From: Chrysomallon squamiferum | Lineage: Eukaryota; Animalia; Mollusca | Length of the DNA stretch: 64,000 nucleotides | Reading direction: 5' to 3' | Assembly (NCBI GenBank): GCA_012295275.1 | Contig: CM022667.1 | Location: 20,336,001 to 20,400,000 of the forward strand | Part shown: piece after piece, positions 28,972 to 41,651 of the stretch | Numbering within the stretch: the stretch's first letter is position 1 | Layout: every line of letters starts with the position of its first letter | Notes under the pieces: generated by a model | Database searches by the model: none | The model's input: the letters and a program-made list of their open reading frames with translations, nothing else | Told to the model about the DNA's origin: nothing | Program-made: the position numbers and the translations under genes

Positions 28972-29300
28972 AACGGAAGTTTGCATTTCACTGATCCGAG
29001 GTGAATTAAATTTAAATAATAATGATAATAATAACAACAAAACCGGTGGTCTGGACTTCCGAAACCCACAACTTTCGTTTGTATCAATGTTCCTTAAACA
29101 ACAATGTGCGCACCAATATTTAAAGGCTAACACCGCGAAGAACCCATCAAGAACAGCATTTAAATATATGAATGTATCCACTGAAAAACAGTTTATTGTA
29201 AAAGAAGAGTAGGTCCATGGGGTCAAACGCAAACCCTCTAACCCCAGCGACGCAGCCAAAATATATTTTTTTTTTTTATCAGCTTCCACTGGAAAACTCC
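28972..29300. promoter_or_regulatory. Probable bidirectional promoter region shared by PIGT and the TRAF7-like gene
   Basis: Head-to-head genes, local CpG enrichment, and ETS-type CGGAAGT at ~28974 and ACTTCCG at ~29055. Confidence 0.45.
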
Positions 29301-29717
29301 TTTGCGCCAAAGAGAAGTAAAACAAGTCATATAGTTTGCAAGATTGATGTTTTCGTAAATTTTTTGTAAAATTCACAGTTTAGTTAGTGTCATTGTCAAT
29401 AATTATAACAAATAAAATATTCCTCACTTTTTCTCTGAACGGACTGATATAAATTTACGAGCATAACTTTCCCTGCATTTGCTAACAAAATTGTTAAGTG
29501 TGTGGTTGTCAAAATGGGCTGGCCGTTTGCTGATTCAGTATGAACTTCTTACCCACTGATTGTGTGAGATGCAATATACGCACGTTTTATATTCTTTAAT
29601 AGCCAGTGCTGGTTAAACTAATAATTATTTTCCTTTTAGACCTATTATTGGTTTTTGATTATCTCTGTCTTGAAATGTTAGTGATCTGCTCGAGTTCTCA
29701 TTGGCTTCTCTGGTAGG

Positions 29718-29852
29718 AATTTCTTGGTTATGGTTGGTTTTCTTGCCATTCTCTACATAGAGGATATTAAAAGTATTTTTATGGCAAATTTCTTGGTTAT
29801 GGTTGGTTTTCTTGCCATTCTCTACATAGAGTGATATTAAAAGTAATTTTTT
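29718..29852. repeat. ~69-bp tandem duplication
   Basis: aatttcttggttatggttggttttcttgccattctctacatagag..gatattaaaagta occurs twice. Confidence 0.9.
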
Positions 29853-30014
29853 GAACCTTAATTATTTTTATGTCAAACTTTTTGTCATTCAGTAAATGAT
29901 TGATGTTTGGATATTCGTACAACGTGCATAAATGAAGAAGGGTTATGTTCGTTTAAAGAACGTGAATAAAGAAATGAAGATGGAAGGTGTTTGTGTTACG
30001 TTTTTAAAACTGTA

Positions 30015-30066
<52 letters not shown>

Positions 30067-30540
30067 TAAAATATGTAAAATTCTAAGTATTCCACACATG
30101 AAGAACATTTTCAGCAACAACATCGACAATATTTATTATTATTATTATTATTATTTTTTTTTAATAAAAATCAATAATAATATTTAATCTGTGGTCAGCA
30201 TTTTACCCTCTTCAAAGTTTTATTCGCAATAACGTCTTCGAGTTTACCAGCAAAATCGCCAGTATCATTTACCTTTACTGGGAAAGTCATAGGGTTAATT
30301 TTAAGTAGCCTGAATCAAAATATATATATATATATTTTTGTCCCCTAATAATAATAATAAAAAAAATAAGCTATCCATGATCAACATTTTGTACCCGTTA
30401 GTCAGTGGCCCAGTGTTTTATATCCTGCATCTAAACAGATTGGGGTGGAGGTGGGGGGGGGGGCTTAAGCAGCAAAACAATCACATATTATGATCTCGGT
30501 GTCAGTGCTACAAGGAAGTAAGTTTCTAACTTTGACTTCA

Positions 30541-30743
30541 ATGGAAAACGAATATCTGCCAGTAAAGCTTATTGAAGAGCCGAATGTACATCTGAAATGC
30601 CCAGTATGTTCACGGTTATATTCGGACCCTGTCATTAATGTCCGTTGTGGTCACACATTTTGTAGAAAATGCGTATTCGTGTCAACAAAATGTCCACTCG
30701 ACAACATGCACTGTGACACTAGTCAACTTGTAACAAACAGGTA

Positions 30744-30781
<38 letters not shown>

Positions 30782-31064
30782 TATTCAATATAATTCTTCA
30801 TATATGTATATATTCAGGGGCGGATCGTTCAAATTTGAAAAGTGCTGCTTTTATTATGATTTTTAGGTGTGTTTTTTTTTAAAAATAAATATATTTAGTT
30901 TTTAAAAATTTCTGGCAATATTTTTGAACACTGTAGAATACGTCTACCAACGTCCCTGTCGTAGCACTATTATATTATGGTCCGTGTGTAAGCTTTCAAC
31001 AGCGCCTTTTATTATGCCTTTTTTTGTCATGGACACCCCTAATCAGAAAATGGATCCTCCACAG

Positions 31065-31098
<34 letters not shown>

Positions 31099-34000
31099 TA
31101 TTTTTTAAAGTTTTTTGAAAAATATTATTTTTAAAATATGTTTCATAATTATCTGTGGAGGATTGTTATAGGGGTGTCCATAAATAATGCTTGAATATAT
31201 TTATACATGTATATAAACACACACACACACACACTATATGTGTGTGTATATATATATTCAAGCACTATTTATATAACAATGTACATAATTTTCTGATGAG
31301 GGGTGTCCATGACAAAAAAAGGCACCATAATACATATGTATGTATGTATGTGTTTTTCAGACTGTATTGATCAGATAGATGACTTGTTGATTCACCGCCT
31401 ATGGATACATTCACACACAGTGGATATATAAAATGTGTGTGTGTGTGTGTTTGTGTGTTTATGTGTGTGTATATTTACATCTATAAATATGCATGTGTAT
31501 GTGTGTATATATGTGTGTCTATGTACATTAGACAAGGATTTTATATAATTAATGTTAAGTTGTACAGACACTGTGTGGTGCTGTTTTTCAGACTGGTTAT
31601 TGATCAGATGGATGACTTGTTGATTCACTGTCGCTATGGACTGATGAACAGAGACAAGGAGTGGGTGGTGGATCCTGCTGGCTGCAAAGAAGCTGTTAAG
31701 TTAGGTCAGAGTTGTTCATTACAGCACACTTAAACAGACAGCGAGGAGAGTGCTCAGCAACTGCCATTTTGAGTTGTTTTAGTGAATAGAGCATTTCAGT
31801 CATGACTTCAGTGGTGAAGGATGTTTCTGTATCTTTAAAGCACTCAAAAAAAAAATATATATATTTTTGTGGTGCTTCATTATTGCATTGTATTAATTGA
31901 TATGGTTAAATGAAGATAAACTTTGTTTTGTTGCTGTTTAAAGTAGCATTCAGCAAATTATTTTTCAAATTTTGTGAAATATTACTTTATATTTTCTGCA
32001 TGGAAAATAAAGATAAGTAATATACTGAAAAAAGTGAAATATATTCTAGCTTAAATACGGTAAAAAAAAAAAAGAATCTTAAACAAGATATGTGTTATAT
32101 TTTTAAAATATTAGAACTGTAATATAATATATTATGTCATAGCCTGTACAGTATGTATTTGAGAACATCTGTCATTACAGAATCCTGGCTTACTGCACTG
32201 AATGCTGATTTTAACAAATTATTAACTTGCTTGAAAACAAACTTTCTATCATATTCTGCATTAATTTAACCTCCTCTCTGATGCAGATACCTTTTCACTG
32301 CATTCAGAAAATATATAAACAAACTTCTAGGTTGACAAAAATATATAAAATAAAGTTTAAACATTTCTTTATTATTGTTAAAAATATCAGTTTTTATTTA
32401 TCAGTTGATTTCCTCATCATTTTGTTAATCATTTTAAAATTGTATTGTTTGCAGGAAAGCGTCATGAACATGAAAAAAACTGTGGATTTGCTAAACTGTC
32501 TTGTCCTAACTCAAGACTATGTGGAAATATTAGAAGAAAAAGTTTGGACAGACATATCAAGGAATGTCAGTTTGTTCCAGGTTCCAGCAAAGATCAGGGT
32601 AAATTACATTCAGAGACAGTGGTAACATATTTTGTTAGTGTTTCTATGGTAACATTCTTTACTAATATTGTTATTATTAGAAGAAAGTCACAGTTCAAAT
32701 GTCAAAGATGAAAGGGTGTTTTTATTAATCAGAGAACTGTAGATTAAACTTGTTGCTAGTTGTACAGTTATATTTTATTAGCTATAACTACTTTTTATTC
32801 TTAGTGATGGATTTATTTTCTGCTTGTCAAGTTTTCTCATTGAATGTTTTCTTTTCAGTATGTAAAGTAAAGAATGCATCAGCAGTAGTACAAGAACATT
32901 CCAAAGTAAGCAATTTTAAACTTTTTACTTTCAGCAAGGACACTGACTCTAATGATGTAAACTTATATTTGACCAATTATGTTACAAATAAAACAACAAC
33001 TGTAATATATAGTTTTCAAAGGATTCTTTCCTCTTTTTTTCCTGTATCCTTGTTTTTATAACTTTAAAAGATAAAAAACAAGTTTTGGGGTCAAAATTTG
33101 TTCCTAAGAATTGTTACAAATTTAATGTTGTTGTTGTTCAAAGATATTTGCACTGGAAGAAGAAAACAAGACACTTCGACATCAAATCACGGATCTGACA
33201 GGTCGTGTTTCTAACTTGGAGGAGGCTCGTGATGACATTTTATCTCAGCTTACAAACTGCACCAGGTGTGTTCAGAACTGTGACTACTTTCAGATTACAA
33301 CTTCTGTTGAAAGTCCATAGCACAATATGTAATAAACAGAAATTAAATACATTTCAATCACAGATGATACTGAATAGACATAATTAATTTTCAATCACAG
33401 ATGATATTTGAATAGATTTTTAATAAATTTTCTTGATAATTGTTTAGTGCTGATTCAGACATGTTTGGGAGGTAAGTCTCAGTTGGCAGATTGGTCCAAC
33501 TCTGTTATGTTACTATGACACCTTTATAGCAGGGGCGGGCCACCTTTTAGACAGAGGGGCCAGACAGCTATGCAGTGTTTTGGAGGAGGGCCAAAATATC
33601 AGTTGTATTAGATATTATTTTTATACACACATATACACCAATACCTCTATCTCTCTCTCAATTCTATCTTCAATAATGAACACCAAAACAGGAAGTAGGC
33701 AGCAAGGCTGCTTTGGTCTGGAGGTTTAAAGAAAAACCACTGAAGTTAATATAATAATTGGTGTCAAAGTGTTTAGTTGGCAACCCCTGCTTTATAGAAT
33801 GTTAAACCAGAGATATTATTTGCAGGATATTGTTTTGTGAAAAATATAGCTTGGGACTGTTATAGTTTTTCTGTAATACTTGAACATGTAAGTTATGGAA
33901 TATTTTATAGAACTAAGGCTGAATCAGGTGTGTATAACCTGCACCACATCTTCCAGTGATGGTAAGTTCATGATCAATTCACTCAAGGAGCTCAATAGCA

Positions 34001-37000
34001 GACTCATTTTTATACCCCATGTTATAAAATCTGCAACTGGTCTGCCAGTGCTACAGTCACCAAACTGTTGTAGATATCTCTATAATTTCCTTCCAGGCAT
34101 TTGCAGTCACTGCAACTGAAATATGATGAGCTGCATGGATCTTTGCTAAGTCACAATAAAAGATGGTCTAGTTCTCAGTGGTCTCTGTCAGAATCAACAG
34201 GTAATTAATTAATCATTTTCAGTTCAGTTCTCATAAAATTTATCACAATTCAAAGAATATAATTCAAAATAAATTGTATCTCTCTTTTGTCAGTATTTTT
34301 TTTTAAGTGATTGATTTCCATTTTCAGAGAAATGTTTTCAAAACCATATTTATGTCTTTCTTATTTATTGAAACAGGTATTCCTAGAGGACATCCAATAC
34401 AACCAGGTAGAGGTAATTCAGATAATTTTATCAAAATGGAGAGATGGGAAATGCCATTAACATTTAAATGCATTGGAACATGTAGGTAATTGCTAATTAA
34501 TTTTACTATTTTAATTTTATTTTATTTTATTAAAACATATTAATGAAATAATATTTAGTCTCCAGTTATGTGCTTTCTAATAATTATTTACAAATGTTTA
34601 TTCTGCCCATATTTAAGACAAAATATTTGTAACTAAATGACTTACTAACTGTGAAGATAATTTTCTAAACAGATGTGAATAATTAGTTCTGTTCTTCATT
34701 TTCATAATGTTCATGACATTCTGAAATGTTTGTTTACAATTTATTTTAATTTTAAAGATCTTGAATCAAAGTCACAAGTAATAGTTTGCTGCCAATTCAG
34801 CTGATTTGACACTTGTTTGTGAAGCTATATTTTTAATTATGCATTTGTTATTTAAGAATTATTTTGTTTTGTAGGCAAAAACACAATCAACATACTTAAA
34901 TCACAAAAGGATCAAATAAATGATTAATTTCATTTGTTGCAAAGCCTCACTACACTAGCCATTACAATCTTCAGAGGGTTAATCTGATGTCCTAAAACAG
35001 TAATCAGTTATTTCCTATGTATTCATACATATAAAAGCTTTATGGGGGGCATTAAACATGTTTCATTAAACAAATCTGTTCTAAGATTGTTCATGTTTTT
35101 TCTTCCACATTTCATTTAATAAAAGTAAAAATGATTTTTTTTAGGGGACACCAGGGTGTGGTTTGGTGTCTCTGTGTTTACAAAGGTAAACTCTACAGCT
35201 CTGGAGAAGACAGTCTGATTAAAGTCTGGGACCTTGAGTCTTTGGCCAAAGGTTGCGTCAATAACTTCAGAGGTCACACAGGCATGGTTAGAAAGTTTAA
35301 GATGTTAGACAAATTTATTTTTCTTTCCACTTTAATACTGTTATTATAAACTGTGTCCAACTTTTTTGTTATTTATGAAGTTGTTTATGAATATCAGAAT
35401 CAGAAAACACTGAAGCTGAATTACCTCAATGTAGAACTGACTTTTAAAATAATGACATATATAAACAATATGTAGATTTTTAATGAATCTGTTTGATTTC
35501 TCATCAGGTTCACTGTCTGGCTGTTTTTTTAACATTTGTTTGATTTCTCATCAGGTTCACTGTCTGGCTGTTTTTCCTAAGTTTTGTTTGATTTCTCATC
35601 AAGTTCACTGTCTGGCTGTTTTTTCTAACATTTGTTTGATTTCTCATCAGGTTCACTGTCTGGCTGTTTTTTCTAACAGATTTGTTTGATTTCTCATCAG
35701 GTTCACTGTCTGGCTGTTTTTCTAACAGATTTGTTTGATTTCTCATCAGGTTCACTGTCTGGCTGTTTTTTCTAACAGATTTGTTTGATTTCTCATCAGG
35801 TTCACTGTCTGGCTGTTTTTTCTAACAGTTTTGTTTGATTTATCATCAGGTTCACTGTCTGGCTGTTTTTTCTAAGTTTTGTTTGATTTCTCATCAGGTT
35901 CACTGTTTGGCTGTTTTTTTAACATTTGTTTGATTTCTCATCAGGTTCACTGTCTGGCTGTTTTTTTAACATTTGTTTGATTTATCATCAGGTTCACTGT
36001 CTGGCTGTTTTTTCTAACAGTTTTGTTTGATTTCTCATCAGGTTCACTGTCTGGCTGTTTTTTCTAACAGTTTTGTTTGATTTCTCATCAGGTTCACTGT
36101 CTGGCTGTTTTTTCTAACAGTTTTGTTTGATTTCTCATCAGGTTCACTGTCTGGCTGTTTTTTCTAACAGATTTGTTTGATTTCTCATCAGGTTCACTGT
36201 CTGGCTGTTTTTTCTAACAGATTTGTTTGATTTCTCATCAGGTTCACTGTCTGGCTGTTTTTTCTAAGTTTTGTTTGATTTCTCATCAGGTTCACTGTCT
36301 GCCTGTTTTTTCTAACAGTTTTGTTTGATTTCTCATCAGGTTCACTGTCTGGCTGTTTTTTCTAACAGTTTTGTTTGATTTCTCATCAGGTTCACTGTCT
36401 GGCTGTTTTTCTAACAGATTTGTTTGATTTCTCATCAGGTTCACTGTTTTGTTTGTTTTTCTAACAGTTTTGGCTGTTTTTTTAACATTTGATTTCTCAA
36501 CAGGTTCACTGTCTGGCTGTTTTTTCTAAGTTTTGTTTGATTTCTCATCAGGTTCACTGTTTGGCTGTTTTTTTAACATTTGTTTGATTTCTCATCAGGT
36601 TCACTGTCTGGCTGTTTTTTGACATTTGTTTGATTTCTCATCAGGTTCACTGTCTGGCTGTTTTTTTAACATTTGTTTGATTTCTCATCAGGTTCACTGT
36701 CTGGCTGTTTTTTCTAACAGTTTTGTTTGATTTCTCATCAGGTTCACTGTCTGGCAGTTTTTCTAACAGATTTGTTTTTTTTCTAACTGTTTGGCTGTTT
36801 TTTAAGATTTGTTTGATTTCTCATCAGGTTCACTGTCTGGCTGTTTTTTCTAACAGTTTATATTCAGCTGGTGATGACCACACTATTCGGGTATGGGATT
36901 TAGCTACTGGGTCTCAAGTACAAGAAATTGAGGTATTTGACCGCTTTTTTCTTAGTAAATAGTAACATGTTTACACAATTTTTTTCCTTTATTCATTCCT

Positions 37001-37597
37001 TTTCATTTTTTTTTTTCTTTCTTTCCATTTCCTTTCTCTCATTCTTTCTTTCTTTTTAAATTGTTCCATTACTAAAAACCTAGGCCTAACCTAGACTGAG
37101 TTATTTCTATATTCTATTTACATGAAACATTTCTTCATAAACACTTTTGAATATTAATATTATGTAATAAGATAAAGATTTTTAATACGTATAAAATATG
37201 AATTTTCAGAATGCTCATGAGAAACTCATATCAGCAATGGTGGTATATGACAAGTGTATCTGTACTTCATCCTTTTCCATCATAAAGGTAAAAATAATCT
37301 AACCATATTTTTAATGTAATTCTATATAACAGACAAAGTAATTTTTTTTTTACTGAACAAATCTGCTTTTACGATTTTTAGGAGATTGTAATAATTTAAT
37401 TTGTATTCAGTTGACATTACCCAAAGAGGGCCTCTGCAGCGTATAACTGCTCTGGTCTTCAACAGATCTGATTAGTCCTTACTTTTAATATAAGTCTTCC
37501 TTTTTTATCATATCAAATAATGTTGTTTTTTTGTTTTGAGATTATCAAAACTGTGTTTAAATCTTTCTGAACAGCAATTTACTGTTTAAACTGTTTT

Positions 37598-37630
<33 letters not shown>

Positions 37631-39735
37631 GAACACTTTCTTTTCTTTTTTTAAAATACATATTCCATATGAATGTTTCAGTTACATACTCCTAGGGATA
37701 TTCTCACTGTCAGCCTTTTTATTTTATTATATTATTATTATTTTTATATATATAAAATTGCAGACTACTTTTCATATTAAATCAAAATTAGAGAAATCTA
37801 AACAGAATGATGACTGATTGTTTGTCACTGGCAGGTCTGGGATACAAAGTCTCTTGCACTCAGACACACCCTCAGCCCCAACATGAATCACTGGATAAGA
37901 GCTCTAGCTCTCAGCGTGGATAAAGTGAGTGCAAAACATCTGTTTCTTTTATAAAAATTTATAAAAAAAAAATGTCAGAATTTTCTCTATGAAGTGGCTT
38001 TAAACAAAAAAATAGAAAAAATAATTTCAGTAAAAAAAAAAAAAAAATTCTGATTAATTTTCATTTCAATTTAGAATCCATAAATAATCCCCTTTAATTT
38101 AGAATCCATAAATAATCCCCTTCAATTTAGAATCCATATATAATCCCCTTCAATTATAACTATGAACATTATTATTTATTCAGTTACCTTTAGTTTTATT
38201 TCTTTGTAGGCATTTCAATATTGCAACCTCTACAGTCCATAAATAATCACTTTGAATTATAAATATAAGCATTATTATTATTTATTCAGTTTCATTTCTT
38301 TGCAGCAAAAACTGTTCAGTGGTTCCCATGATTCCGTTAATATTTGGGAAACTGAAAATTTCACTTGTATTGGAATCATTGAACACACATTTGGATCTGT
38401 ATATTCACTGGCAGTCACCAACTTGTATATCATTACAGGCAGTTCAGGTAAATAAAAATTACAACAATAAGTACTGAGTTTTAGCAAAAATGAAGATGAT
38501 TACATTTAAGCTATTACATGTTGCACAATTACAAATTCCATGGTTATGTGCTTTCCAGACTAAAGCAATTTAATGTGGATCTGTGGTTGGAAGATGCAGT
38601 ATTCATTATTTCATTAATGGGTCAAACACTATCTATTCAATCCCAGTGTGATTCTCACTGTTCTGGTTGTTACTACAATATTACTTTTTTCACAAGATAG
38701 CTTCTTGACTCTGACAGCAACATCTTACACTGAAGTTGAGTAATTTTAATTGGCATTCTAAACAGAAAAAAACAGCACAAGACACAGACCAAAAATTTGC
38801 ATTGTTTTTTTGTGGGTTTTTTTCTGATCTGATAACCTAATCCCTCATCCACTGACAATACAGAGCTGAGATTAATATGACATTTGGGAGATGTCACAAA
38901 TATGCTGTTTTGTGCTGTTAAACAATTGCATCGTAAAACTGATAAAAATTCTGTAACATATCTATCAAATGAAGAATATCATATTTTGTGCTGTTCATTT
39001 TTGTGTGCCATTAAGGTATGTAACTGAAACTAATTTTATTGCAGGGTCATACAATAAGTACATACATGTGTTTGATGCCACGACCTTCCAGCACATTACC
39101 AGTTTGAAAGGCCATCTTGGAACAGTTACTGCACTGATTGTCTCCCCTTCAGGAAATTTTTTATTCTCCGGCTCTCAAGACAGCCACGTACAAGTATGTT
39201 GTAAAAATGTATAAATTACCATTTTCATAACATTTGTAGCATTTATCTGGATAATTAATAAATAACAACTTCTAAAAATCAGTTTTAATTACATAACAGA
39301 ATAAGTATTAAAAAACTAATATTGCACAAATTATAATAATTATAATGTTATATTTGTAAGTAAGTATAAGATATAGGGTTTGATATAAAAAAGTTTATAA
39401 CAAGATATTAAACTAACATAAAAAAAAAAAAAAATAATAAAATACATTAAAATAAAGTTTTAACCATAAAAAAAAGAAAAAAAAAGAAAAAAAATAAAAC
39501 AAATGTTTTTAATGCTTTAACAGTTTCCATAATAATAAAGCTGTAATAGCAACTGTTTAGAGATCGTGTTTCTTCTTTTTTCTTGTAGATCTGGGGCATG
39601 GAGAGGTTACTGCCAATCCAAACACTTCAGCGACATCAAGCGAGTGTAAATGCCTTAGCTTTGTTTGGTGATCTTCTCCTCTCAGGGTCTGCAGACCATG
39701 AAATTAAAGTGTTTAGGTATTTTCAACTGCAGTGA
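30541..39735 (+). CDS. TRAF7: TRAF7-like E3 ubiquitin ligase: RING, TRAF-type zinc finger, coiled coil and WD40 propeller
   Basis: Phase-consistent exons 30541 (or 30490)-30740, 31592-31704, 32455-32598, 32859-32905, 33144-33265, 34097-34200, 34377-34485, 35145-35286, 36828-36932, 37210-37287, 37835-37924, 38306-38447, 39045-39193 and 39589-39735. Motifs LKCPVCSRLYSDPVINVRCGHTFCRKC..CPLD, QMDDLLIHCRYG..VDPAGC, FKCIGTCRGHQGVVWCL, NHWIRAL, LKGHLGTVTAL and QTLQRHQASVNAL. The sequence is diverged, so it may be a paralog rather than the strict ortholog. Confidence 0.9.
31010..31332. repeat. Inverted repeat or MITE remnant in TRAF7-like intron 1
   Basis: attatgcctttttttgtcatggacacccctaatcagaaaa (31011) versus ttttctgatgaggggtgtccatgacaaaaaaaggcaccataat (31289); inner arm atcctccacagat / atctgtggaggat. 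Confidence 0.7.
33530..33789. mobile_element. hAT-family MITE, 260 bp, with perfect 8-bp target-site duplication
   Basis: CTTTATAG at 33522-33529 and 33790-33797 flanks the termini CAGGGGCGGGCCAC and GTTGGCAACCCCTG. Confidence 0.85.
35488..36857 (+). repeat. 47-50-bp tandem array (about 27 copies) made of a splice acceptor plus the start of the following TRAF7-like exon
   Basis: Unit tttgtttgatttctcatcag|GTTCACTGTCTGGCTGTTTTTTCTAACAG; only the last copy (AG at 36826-36827) continues into the exon VHCLAVFSNSLYSAGDD. Confidence 0.95.
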
Positions 39736-40948
39736 AGAAATGTGTGCAGTTTTCTTATTATACTGGCATTTTTCAAATGAACTTGATGAATAACCACTGA
39801 ATTACTACAGTGTAAAGGTTTAGACGTTATTTACAAGTTTAACTTCATTTCAAAAATAAAATCAGTAATTATTTACAAGTTTAACTTCCTTTTTAAAATA
39901 AAATCACTTTGTATGACTTTAAAATCAATATCTTAGGTTATTATTTTTTTAATTTAAAAAAACGCATTGTTATTAACAATTTCTTTTATAGAAAATAAAA
40001 TAAGTTGAAGTGTGTATTGTTAACAAATGTTATAATACAATATAAACTAATAAACAGAAATTACGAATCTCAATAGTATGTCAATTCAAAATGTCAAAAA
40101 TAATTATAATTTATTCTTTAAATTCCATACACAGACTCTAATATTTTGCCAATACTCAGCTCAGTGTTATGTATAAAATCATTAAACCAAATATTCATTG
40201 TGTGTGTGTGTGTGTGTGTGTGTGTTTTAATGAAGTTTTTTTACCGTATCAGAATAAACTGATTTTTTCAAATAATAAATTTGAAATGTTGTTTTTTCAT
40301 TCTGTGACAGTCGAAAATATATTTATAAAAATAACAAATACAAACCTTTTTATTATTCATATCAAAGCATAGAGAACACAACGCACTGTCACAAGTGTAT
40401 GTTATTACTCTACACATGTTACACAAAATTATACTTACACTTAGTAATCCTGCTATGTTACTATTCCACATGCCAGTTATCTACAATATTTTATATCGGA
40501 TACACTGCACTTTGTTTTTGCTTAGGCTCATGCGTATGGACAGATTGGGACAACTTCAGATAAATGAATATTAGATAAAAGGCTACTTTAGTAAAATCGC
40601 GTGTTAATGATGTAATTAACAAAATACTGAGCAGATAAAAATGCATACACAGAAATGGGCACACACACACATAAACATAGACGCGCACGCACAAACACGT
40701 TATTTCCTTTGATTTCTTCAACACCGCAACAAACATTTGTTTCTTTGCAAGTACATAAAAGCTGTTTCGACTTCGATTTCCGTCATTAAATCCTTTTCTG
40801 TAGTTGAAACATTTATTTATTTTTGCTTTTATGAAACAGCTGATATAATTAATGTTTAGTTATTTTGTTTTATACCAGTTCAAACATAGATGAGTATATA
40901 ATCTGCTTTGATATTGTTTTCCTTTTATCTTTTATTGCAATGGAATCT

Positions 40949-40984
<36 letters not shown>

Positions 40985-41532
40985 TTTGACGTAATTTGTT
41001 TATATCGCTTCTACGTGTTTGGCATCTGACAAGTATCTGTGGTGTTGGCAATATTTGGTAATGTTTTCAGTGGTTTCTAAAGTTCAGTTTTGCTTACTGT
41101 TAAGGCAGTTTGTATACTTTTTCTCTTTACCACTTCCGTATCTTGTTCTTTTTCTTCTTGTAAATACTTTTAAACCGGTAAGACTTTCCGTGAATATAGT
41201 TTTAAGTTTAGTTAATACTTTCAACAACCGCAGTGCATTATGGGTTTATGTTAGTTGCAATATTCTTTATTTTAATTAATTAATTATAAATATGAATATA
41301 AAATAAAGTAAAACTCGAAATAAAATAAAATAAAATAAAATAAAATTCGATCGACAATGTTAATATTTTATTATTTGTTCAATGCAGAATATCGGTTGGT
41401 TTTGTCTAATGTGTTTTGAGAAATAAGCCCTGGAACGATATCGGCTCCTTCCGATATTCGTGGCTCTTATGCTAGATTTTAACAGTTTATGTAAATATAA
41501 ATCAGTCAAGTTCAAATCTTCATCAGAGAAAT

Positions 41533-41598
41533 TACCTGAAAACAAAAAAAATAAAAAAAATAATAAAATAAAATAAATATTTTAAAATTTTTTTTTAA

Positions 41599-41651
<53 letters not shown>

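Noticed and set aside
28987-29376. N-terminal extension of the PIGT ORF (197-aa ORF 28783-29376)
   Set aside because: Non-ATG start; PIG-T needs an N-terminal signal peptide, which begins at the ATG at 28971 (or 28986). The upstream part is promoter/UTR.
35488-36857. CRISPR-like appearance of regularly spaced repeats (also 55424-56153 and 15246-15510)
   Set aside because: The units are contiguous with no unique spacers, there are no cas genes, and the context is eukaryotic and intron-rich.
41019-41279. 86-aa ORF MASDKYLW... conserved in three copies (41019, 47020, 53372)
   Set aside because: It starts at TTG, lies antisense in the lectin 3' UTR, and its conservation is explained by the recent triplication.
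41360-41545. ORF MFSGNFSDEDL... as a lectin C-terminal extension
   Set aside because: The preceding intron is phase 2, so the exon reads G+TAA (stop). The longer frame is also disrupted in the other two copies.
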